Origin: Deltaproteobacteria bacterium
GTDB taxonomy: Bacteria; UBA10199; JACPAL01
Assembly (NCBI GenBank): GCA_016180855.1
Contig: JACPAL010000002.1
Coordinates: forward strand, 245,788-309,787
DNA length: 64,000 nucleotides
Direction of reading: 5' to 3'
Positions 57,158 to 64,000 of this stretch are shown here, piece by piece. Position 1 is the stretch's first letter. Each line of letters begins with the position of its first letter. Position numbers and translations under genes: made by a program. The notes beneath the pieces were generated by a model, which saw nothing but the letters and a program-made list of their open reading frames with translations, was not told where the DNA came from and did not search any database.

Positions 57158-58717
57158 ATGAGTGAGGGGGAGATCCTCAAACGTGCCGGTCACGTCGGCT
57201 TCTTTACCTTAATCAGCAGGATCACCGGGCTTCTTCGCGATATGGCGATCGCCTATGCCTTTGGGGCCAGGGCAGTGGCCGATGCCTTTTTTGTTGCCTT
57301 CCGGATTCCCAACCTTCTCCGGCGCCTATTTGCCGAAGGGGCGTTGACGATCTCCTTTGTTCCCGTCTTTACCGAGACCTACCGGCGTGATCCGGAGGAG
57401 GCAAAGAAGCTGGCAAACGTTTCCTGGAGCCTTCTGGCAGTCGTTCTGGCCGGGATTTCCTTTTTGGGGATTTTACTTTCCCCATGGATTGTCCGGCTTA
57501 TTGCGTGGGGATTTACGTCGGATCCCGAAAAATTTCGGCTGACCGTTTTTCTGACAAGGATCATCTTTCCCTACATTTTTCTCGTCTCACTGGCTGCTTG
57601 GGCGATGGGGGTTCTCAATTCCCTCAAGCATTTTGCCGCCCCTGCCTCTTCTTCCATTTTTATGAATCTGGGGATCATCGTGGGGGCGCTGGGGCTGTCT
57701 TATTTTACGAATCCCCCTGTTCTCGGGCTTGCCTTGGGGGTCTTGTTAGGGGGGATTTGGCAACTTTGGATCCACTTCCCTTTTTTGAAGAAATTTGGAT
57801 TTTTTCCGAAGGTTCAGTGGGATCCCTCTCATCCCGGGGTTAAAAAAATTCTTGGAATGATGCTCCCCGCCGCCTTTGGGGCTGCTGTTTATCAGTTTAA
57901 TGTTATCGTCATTACGCAACTCGCCTCGTTTCTCCCCGCCGGTGCCGTTTCTTACCTCTGGTACGCCGATCGTATCATGGAGTTTCCGCTCGGGATCTGG
58001 GGGATTGCAATGGCCACCGTCTTGCTCCCCTCACTTTCGGATCACGCCGCCGAACGGGACTATGAAAAACTCAAAGAGACGCTTCGGTACGGACTTCGGA
58101 TGGTTCTTTTCCTGTCGATTCCTGCGGCTGGGGGGCTGATGGTACTTGCGGAACCGATCGTTCGTCTTCTTTTTGAGCACGGGACCTTCTCTGCCGACTC
58201 GACCGTTCAGACCGCGCATGCCTTGATCTTCTTTGCGATCGGCCTTCCGTTTATCTCAGGGGTTCGGATCACCTCGAATGCCTTTTATTCCGTTCAGGAC
58301 TCCAAATCTCCCGTCAAGACGGCGGCTGTTTCCATGGGGTTCAATTTGCTTCTTGCACTCCTTTTTATGGGTCGAATGGGTCACAATGGACTTGCGCTTG
58401 CGATCAGCCTCTCTTCCTTTGTTAACCTGCTTCTCCAGCTTTGGGTCTTTCGTCGGAAAATGGGCCGTCTCGGTCTTAAGGCCATCGGGTGGGGGGTTTT
58501 AAAAACATCACTCTCAACGCTTGTCATGATGGTCTTTCTCAAGTTTTTGCAAGGCACTTTCTTTTACGATGTGGTGGGTGGATGGCGTGAGGCGGTTTGG
58601 CTTGTTCTACTTATCAGTGCCGGTCTTCTCTCATTCCTTGGCATGGAATTTATTCTCCGGGGCCGTGAGGTGCAGGAGTTTTTTCTTGTCCTTCAGAAAA
58701 GGGGAGGAAAACGGTAA
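57158..58717 (+). CDS. murJ: lipid II flippase MurJ
   Basis: MviN/MurJ N-terminal signature SRITGLLRDMAIAYAFGA with 14 TM helices. Confidence 0.9.
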   Translation: MSEGEILKRAGHVGFFTLISRITGLLRDMAIAYAFGARAVADAFFVAFRIPNLLRRLFAEGALTISFVPVFTETYRRDPEEAKKLANVSWSLLAVVLAGISFLGILLSPWIVRLIAWGFTSDPEKFRLTVFLTRIIFPYIFLVSLAAWAMGVLNSLKHFAAPASSSIFMNLGIIVGALGLSYFTNPPVLGLALGVLLGGIWQLWIHFPFLKKFGFFPKVQWDPSHPGVKKILGMMLPAAFGAAVYQFNVIVITQLASFLPAGAVSYLWYADRIMEFPLGIWGIAMATVLLPSLSDHAAERDYEKLKETLRYGLRMVLFLSIPAAGGLMVLAEPIVRLLFEHGTFSADSTVQTAHALIFFAIGLPFISGVRITSNAFYSVQDSKSPVKTAAVSMGFNLLLALLFMGRMGHNGLALAISLSSFVNLLLQLWVFRRKMGRLGLKAIGWGVLKTSLSTLVMMVFLKFLQGTFFYDVVGGWREAVWLVLLISAGLLSFLGMEFILRGREVQEFFLVLQKRGGKR

Positions 58718-59321
58718 TTGTTTTCCCGGTACCCGGTTGTTTAAATTCAAGGTGGCAGGCATGCAGGTAGAGACGATTGGCCGGTGGACCTTTGTAGAGT
58801 AGATCCCCCACAATCGGATGTCCGATTGCCGCCAGGTGGGCCCGGATCTGGTGGCGGCGCCCTGTCTTTAGGGTGACGCGAAGCCACGTCATGCGTACCC
58901 CGGCCCCCCTTACCTTAAGGGGGGCGTAGTAGGTCACCGCCTCCTGCCCCTTGTTCCTCCTTGCCTCCGCAAGGTTTTTGTAGACCTTGACCCTCTTTGA
59001 TGATTTTGGGTTAGGTCCAATCGGCCAATTAATCCTTCCTGATTTTTTGATCTCCCCTTCAACCAGCGCCAGATATTCCTTTTTAACTTTGTTTTTAGAA
59101 AACATCTCTCGCATCTTTTGATACGTCTCTTCGTTTCTGGCGAAAACGAGGAGCCCCGAAGTCGCTCTATCCAATCGATGGCAGGCGCCGTGATCCTGGC
59201 CGCCGACTTTCATGATCTCCGGAAAGTCATTCTGAAGAAGGGCCGATGGATCTAAAGTTCCGGCCGGTTTATTGACGATGAGAAGGTCGTTGTCTTGGTA
59301 GAGCACCCTTTTCTCCATCAC
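58650..59321 (-). CDS. RluA-family RNA pseudouridine synthase
   Basis: LLIVNKPAG and catalytic HRLDRATSGLLVFA motifs. Confidence 0.85.
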   Translation of the reverse strand: MMEKRVLYQDNDLLIVNKPAGTLDPSALLQNDFPEIMKVGGQDHGACHRLDRATSGLLVFARNEETYQKMREMFSKNKVKKEYLALVEGEIKKSGRINWPIGPNPKSSKRVKVYKNLAEARRNKGQEAVTYYAPLKVRGAGVRMTWLRVTLKTGRRHQIRAHLAAIGHPIVGDLLYKGPPANRLYLHACHLEFKQPGTGKTITVFLPFSEGQEKTPAPHGPGE

Positions 59322-59995
59322 CGATACACACTCCCAATCCAGGCGACGAGCAGATTGCTGATCGTGTGAAAGAGAACGGAGGCTGTGATCGCTCCTGTCT
59401 TTTCACGGAGCCACCCAAAGACGAGACCCGGGAAAAAAATGGCGAAGTGCCACCAGGCGAGCTGGATCACACTGTGGGAAAAGGCAAACAGGAGTGAGGT
59501 CACGACAATGGCGGCAAGTGGTTTTAGTTTTCGTGAGAGGAGCGGCTGAAGCCAACCCCTGAAGAAAAACTCCTCCGGCAACGCAACAAGAAAAAGATGG
59601 GTCATGAGGAGTCGTTGAATGTCCGGGATGACCCCCTCCCGAAATTGCGTTTCCAAAAAGAGAGACTGGTAGAAATGGTTGGCGATCAGAAAGAGGGGGA
59701 AGAGCAGAAGCGACGTGAGGCAGAAACAGCGAAGTGAACGGATCAACTCGGAGAAGGAACCTTCAAAAAAGGGCAAATCAAGACGACGGATCCTTTGATG
59801 GAGGTACGGGACATAAATAAGCAGGAGGGCTATAAAGAGGTGGGGCTGGCCACCGATAAAGGGGCTATCTCTGAATTGGGCGATAAGACGTGCGGCGGTC
59901 AGAAATCCGATCAGGATGAGTGTTGTTTCAATCCACATGACGATTCTTCTTCGCAAGATACCGGTACATTCCAAGGAAAAATAACGAGACGGCAA
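59318..59995 (-). CDS. CPBP-family intramembrane metalloprotease (CAAX protease-like)
   Basis: EEFFFRG, FAFSH and FH motifs. The start may be the internal ATG (MWIETT). Confidence 0.7.
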   Translation of the reverse strand: MPSRYFSLECTGILRRRIVMWIETTLILIGFLTAARLIAQFRDSPFIGGQPHLFIALLLIYVPYLHQRIRRLDLPFFEGSFSELIRSLRCFCLTSLLLFPLFLIANHFYQSLFLETQFREGVIPDIQRLLMTHLFLVALPEEFFFRGWLQPLLSRKLKPLAAIVVTSLLFAFSHSVIQLAWWHFAIFFPGLVFGWLREKTGAITASVLFHTISNLLVAWIGSVYR

Positions 59996-60710
59996 AACCG
60001 ACGATCATCCCGGTTGAGAGAAATCCGAAGTAGATGCCCCGGTCTGAATCAGCCCGAAAAAATTCAACAACCATACGGGGGAGTGACCAGAAAATCGCAA
60101 GCAGACAGGTCGTCTGTCCGTCAAACTTCCGGCGTCTGTAGAACCAGTTAATAAAGAGGAACAGAAGGACAGAGTGGATCATCGAGTAGATTTGTGTTGG
60201 GTGGAGCGGAATAGCCCCCATAAAATAATGCGCGGTCGAGGCGGGGTCATGAAAGGTGATTCCCCAGGGGAGGTCCGTTGGACGACCGTAGCAACAACCA
60301 ATGAGGAGACAGGCCAGTCGGAGAAAGAATTTGATAATCGGTGCGGCAACGCAGAGAATATCAAAATAAGGCAAGGGAGCGAGCTTGCGGATACGGAAGT
60401 AAATCCAGAAGGAGAGGCCGATTGTTAAAAAACCTCCCCATGAAACGAATCCGCCGCGGCCGAACTCAAGGACTCGCATCGGTTTTTCCCAATAATAATC
60501 GGGCGCCTCTACGAGGATGTGAAAAATTCTTGCACCCAAAACAGCACCGATAAATCCGATCAGTCCCATGTCCAGAATCACATCGGCTTTAAGTCCATTT
60601 TTTCGGCCGATCCAGACGGCATAGGTGGTTCCGACCAGCGCGGCGATCGTGATGAGGAAAAAGAAGGAAGGGACTTGATAGGAACCGATGCTAAAAAGGA
60701 TTGGTCTCAT
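59928..60710 (-). CDS. lgt: prolipoprotein diacylglyceryl transferase
   Basis: Lgt signature and topology; adjacent to lspA. Confidence 0.9.
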   Translation of the reverse strand: MRPILFSIGSYQVPSFFFLITIAALVGTTYAVWIGRKNGLKADVILDMGLIGFIGAVLGARIFHILVEAPDYYWEKPMRVLEFGRGGFVSWGGFLTIGLSFWIYFRIRKLAPLPYFDILCVAAPIIKFFLRLACLLIGCCYGRPTDLPWGITFHDPASTAHYFMGAIPLHPTQIYSMIHSVLLFLFINWFYRRRKFDGQTTCLLAIFWSLPRMVVEFFRADSDRGIYFGFLSTGMIVGFAVSLFFLGMYRYLAKKNRHVD

Positions 60711-61261
60711 CTCTTCTCTTTTGATTTCATCAAGAGGAAGGTCAGGCCGATGACCCCTACCGTGATGGCGGCATCGGCGACGTTAAAGGCAGGCCACTCC
60801 AGCTTGATGTGCCAGTTCCAGGTGCCGATCGACCCGTTGACCCACTGATTCTTCCAGTGAAAAGAAAGGAAGTCGATCACCTCACCCCGGAAAATCCGGT
60901 CAAAGATGTTTCCGAGGGCTCCTCCCAAAATGAGGGCCAGGGCAACAAAAGGGCTCCTTCGCTCGTCCGAGAGACGAAAATAGTAGAGCAGAATAGCGAT
61001 GAGCGCGATGGTGGAGGTTGTGAAGAAGAAGGGGAGTCGTATGGAGTCGGGAAGATTGGCAAAGGCACCGAAGGCGGCGCCTGGGTTACGGGTATGGGTC
61101 AAATCAAAAAAATCAGGGATGATCGGGACAGGATGACTGAGCGGAACCGTCTGGATTATGATCCATTTTGCAACCTGATCGGTCAGGAAGACCAGGGGTG
61201 AAATAAAAAGAAGCGTTTTTGTCTTCATTCTCATCCGATTGTTTCCATGACCCTCACGCAT
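60707..61261 (-). CDS. lspA: lipoprotein signal peptidase II
   Basis: LspA motifs (FNVADAAITVG) with four TM helices; downstream of ileS as in many bacteria. Confidence 0.9.
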   Translation of the reverse strand: MREGHGNNRMRMKTKTLLFISPLVFLTDQVAKWIIIQTVPLSHPVPIIPDFFDLTHTRNPGAAFGAFANLPDSIRLPFFFTTSTIALIAILLYYFRLSDERRSPFVALALILGGALGNIFDRIFRGEVIDFLSFHWKNQWVNGSIGTWNWHIKLEWPAFNVADAAITVGVIGLTFLLMKSKEKR

Positions 61262-61612
61262 CGTGGGCAGAGTTCCGGATGTTTTGAGGAGAGTCCGGTT
61301 TCAGTGTGATAATTCCAGCAGCGAGGGCACTTTTTGCCGGAGGCCTTCTGAACCTCAATCCAGAGTGTCGGGAAGGGGGTGGAGATTTCGCTATTTTCGC
61401 CCGGCTCTTTGGCCCAGTCGACCTGGGACACCAGAAGCAGCGAGGGGAGTTCGTTCCTGAAAGAGGCCAGGGCCTGTTTGGGTTCATTCTCCGCATACAG
61501 GATAACGCGGGCCTCAAGAGAACTGCCGATCAGTTTTTTATTACGGGCCTTCTCAAGTGATTTGAAAATCTCGTCCCGGGGATTGGAGCCATCAATCGTG
61601 CCAGCGAAGAGG
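61231..61612 (-). pseudogene. ileS: C-terminal portion of ileS in the -1 frame (anticodon-binding end plus Zn-finger CPRCW...CPRC)
   Basis: Frame-2 translation ...DEIFKSLEKARNKKLIGSSLEARVILYAENEP...KKCPRCWNYHTETGLSSKHPELCPRCV matches the IleS C-terminus (E. coli KKVGGSLEAAVTLYAE...EKCPRCWHY...CGRC). Either a 1-nt homopolymer indel in the sequence or a genuine frameshift. Confidence 0.6.
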
Positions 61613-63884
61613 CGATCTCAAAAAGGATCTTTTGGGCCCCGCGTCGTGAAGGGTCATTGGGGGCTGAGGCGTACAGGCGGTCCTTCAGGACATCCAGATA
61701 GAAAGAGGAAAGGGTGACGGTGCAGAACCGGTTCAATTCGTGGAAGATCGTGTGAAAGTTGAATTGATCGTATCCCTCACGGACGCGTTGGATCAGTTTT
61801 TGAAGCTGATGCACGGCCCAACGGTCGATTTCCAGAAGTTGGGCGTCCGTGTTCTCATCCGGACGATAGTCGTAGAGGTTTCCCAGAAGATAACGGCAGG
61901 TGTTGCGGATCTTCCGGTAGGCATCGACCAGGCGGAGCAGGATCTCCTGTGAGACCCGAATATCTGTTCGATAATCCTCCGCGGCAACCCAGAGTCGCAG
62001 AATCTCCGCACCATATTCCTTCAGGAATTTTTCGGGCGGGACATAATTTCCGGCCGACTTCGAATATTTTTTTCCATCTCCGTCCACAACAAAGCCGTGG
62101 GTGAGAACGGTTTTATAAGGGGCCTTCTTGCGAGTTCCTATGGAGGCGAGGAGGGCGGAATGAAACCAGCCGCGGTGTTGATCGCTTCCCTCCAGATAAA
62201 GGTTTGCCGGAAACTGGAGGGAAGGATTTTTTTCAAGGACGGCCGCAAAACTGACGCCGGAATCGAACCAGACATCGAGGATGTCTTCCTCCTTCTCCCA
62301 TTTTTTGCTATGACAATGAGGACAGGTTGGGGAAGAACCGATCAGACCTTCCGTGGTCTCCGCAAACCAGATGTCAGAACCTTCCTTTTCCATTCGGTCG
62401 GCAATTTTTTCGATCAGGTCGGCATCCAGGAGGTAGTGATTGCAGGAGGCGCAACGGAACGCGATAATCGGGACCCCCCAGCTTCTCTGACGCGAAAGGC
62501 ACCAGTCCGGCCGGTTCTGGATCATTCCCAGGATCCGTTCACGGCCCCAGACGGGGACCCATTCTGTCCTCCGAATGGCGTCTACCGCTTTTTCCCGCAG
62601 ATCATTCTGCTTGAGTGAAAGAAACCATTGTTCCGTCGCACGGAAGATGAGCGGGTTCTTGCAACGCCAGCAATGGGGATAGCTGTGACGGATCTTTTCC
62701 TGTTTTAAGAGCCGTCCCTTCTCCTGCAGTTTCTGGATCACGTGTTGGTTGGCCTCAAAAACGTCTAAACCAACCCATTCAGGAATGCCGCACTCCTCCG
62801 TAAATTTTCCGCAGGCGTCGACGGGGGTGAGGATTGGGAGATGGTACTCTTGCCCGATGACAAAATCTTCCTCTCCATGCCCCGGTGCCGTGTGGACAGA
62901 GCCGGTGCCGGTGTCGATCGTCACATGGTTGGACAGAATGATGAGGGAGTCACGTTCCAGAAACGGATGCCGACATCTCTTTCTTTCAAGGATCTTTCCG
63001 GAAAACCGCTCAACCGGTTCTGGCTCAGGTATCCCCATCGTTTTACAGAAGGAGCCCGCGAGATTCTTGGCAACAACGAGGTATTCTTCACCAAACGGGA
63101 TGATCACATAGTCGTGAAGGGGGTGAAGGGCAATCGCAAGGTTGGCGGGCAGTGTCCAGGGGGTTGTTGTCCAGATCACGAGTGAAAGCGGCTTGTTTTT
63201 AAGATTAGGGAAGAATTCTTTTACATTTTCCACAAAAGGGAACTTGACATAAATGGAGGGGGACTCCTTTTCTTCGTACTCCGTCTCTGCCTCTGCAAGG
63301 GCGGTGCGACAACGGGCACACCAAAGGACCGGCTTTTTCCCCTTATAGATTTGGCCCTCGCGCACGAACCGTCCAAGCTCTCGTGCAATCGTTCCTTCGT
63401 AGAGAGGGCTCATCGTCATATAAGGGTGATCCCAGTCCCCCAAAATTCCAAGCCGCTTGAATTCATTTCTCTGGATGTCGATGTATTTGGTGGCGTACTC
63501 GCGGCAGGCCTTCCGGATTTGCACCTTCGACATTGTTTTTTTCTTTGGTCCGAGATCCTTGTCGACCTGATGCTCAATGGGCAGACCATGGCAATCCCAT
63601 CCGGGGACGTACGGACTTAAATGACCGGTCATGTTCTTGTACTTGATGACGATGTCTTTCAGAACCTTGTTTAAGATATGGCCGAAATGGATGCTCCCAT
63701 TGGCGTAGGGAGGTCCGTCATGCAGGATGTATTTCGGTTGATCGGCATTCTTCGTGATTATTTTCTCGTAGAGATTAAGACCCTCCCAATGCTTGAGACG
63801 ATCGGGTTCACGAACCGCGAGGTCAGCCTTCATCGGAAAATCGGTCTTTGGGAGATTAAGGGTTTCCTTATAGTTGGGGGTCAT
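61530..63884 (-). CDS. ileS: isoleucine--tRNA ligase, N-terminal approximately 785 codons; the reading frame is broken near 61575..61590
   Basis: HIGH motif (PPYANGSIHFGH), KMSKS and an editing domain. The likely start is MTPNYKETLNLPKTDFPMKADL at 63884. The ORF ends prematurely at 61530 after RLMAPIP, while the remainder of ileS continues in another frame. Confidence 0.9.
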   Translation of the reverse strand: MTPNYKETLNLPKTDFPMKADLAVREPDRLKHWEGLNLYEKIITKNADQPKYILHDGPPYANGSIHFGHILNKVLKDIVIKYKNMTGHLSPYVPGWDCHGLPIEHQVDKDLGPKKKTMSKVQIRKACREYATKYIDIQRNEFKRLGILGDWDHPYMTMSPLYEGTIARELGRFVREGQIYKGKKPVLWCARCRTALAEAETEYEEKESPSIYVKFPFVENVKEFFPNLKNKPLSLVIWTTTPWTLPANLAIALHPLHDYVIIPFGEEYLVVAKNLAGSFCKTMGIPEPEPVERFSGKILERKRCRHPFLERDSLIILSNHVTIDTGTGSVHTAPGHGEEDFVIGQEYHLPILTPVDACGKFTEECGIPEWVGLDVFEANQHVIQKLQEKGRLLKQEKIRHSYPHCWRCKNPLIFRATEQWFLSLKQNDLREKAVDAIRRTEWVPVWGRERILGMIQNRPDWCLSRQRSWGVPIIAFRCASCNHYLLDADLIEKIADRMEKEGSDIWFAETTEGLIGSSPTCPHCHSKKWEKEEDILDVWFDSGVSFAAVLEKNPSLQFPANLYLEGSDQHRGWFHSALLASIGTRKKAPYKTVLTHGFVVDGDGKKYSKSAGNYVPPEKFLKEYGAEILRLWVAAEDYRTDIRVSQEILLRLVDAYRKIRNTCRYLLGNLYDYRPDENTDAQLLEIDRWAVHQLQKLIQRVREGYDQFNFHTIFHELNRFCTVTLSSFYLDVLKDRLYASAPNDPSRRGAQKILFEIASSLARLMAPIPGTRFSNHLRRPVIKN

Positions 63885-64000
63885 CAAAAAACCCTCATCA
63901 TTCCTCGACACCCAGATTTGTCATCTTGAAACTGTCGGAACGCAGCAGATCGGCAATCTTTTTGAAGATCTTTTTCTCCTCACGATACGTGCTTCGTTGA

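Noticed and set aside
1-64000. CRISPR arrays, tRNA/rRNA genes, IS elements and transposases
   Set aside because: No direct-repeat/spacer periodicity, no tRNA-like cloverleaf sequences in any intergenic gap, and no transposase, integrase or recombinase motifs were found. The only repeats are the REP-like palindromes and the in-frame Cys-repeat array.

Overview
This 64 kb bacterial chromosomal window (about 55% GC) holds three blocks. Block 1 (1..21.9 kb) is a type III secretion (T3S) locus. Its core genes follow flagellar fliF-G-H-I-J-K-M-N-O-P-Q-R order: a partial SctJ/FliF-family ring protein, a FliG-like protein, SctL/FliH, the SctN/FliI ATPase, SctO/FliJ, a SctP/FliK-like ruler, SctQ/FliM, FliN, FliO, and SctR/S/T. 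A FliA (sigma-28) family sigma factor gene sits inside the cluster behind a near-consensus sigma-54 promoter. Downstream lies a substrate module: two LcrH/SycD-type (class II, TPR) chaperones and five unannotatable proteins. Two of these proteins share a conserved N-terminal 25-residue motif and sit behind duplicated sigma-28-like promoter motifs. Two share a C-terminal heptad segment, and two carry Gly/Ala-rich hydrophobic helices like translocon or axial T3S substrates. No sctU, sctV, sctC, flagellin or hook genes appear in the window. Block 2 (21.8..37 kb) holds an FHA-domain sigma-54 activator co-oriented with a PEGA-repeat Ser/Thr kinase, then yggT-proC-yggS, prkA-yeaH-spoVR, a PhoD-like phosphatase, a crotonase, a ROK kinase and an RND exporter. 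Block 3 (38.6..64 kb) holds a trp operon (trpE-G-D ... trpC-F-B-A) split by a 5.6 kb cassette of three signal-peptide proteins, one with nine tandem Cys-rich repeats. GC-rich palindromic REP-like elements sit between the trp cistrons. After these come three hypothetical genes, leuS, holA, rpsT, a YhhQ-family transporter, murJ, an RluA-family pseudouridine synthase, a CPBP protease, lgt, lspA and an ileS with an apparent 1-nt frameshift near its 3' end. All functional calls rest on remembered family motifs rather than database searches. I found no tRNA, rRNA, CRISPR or transposase.
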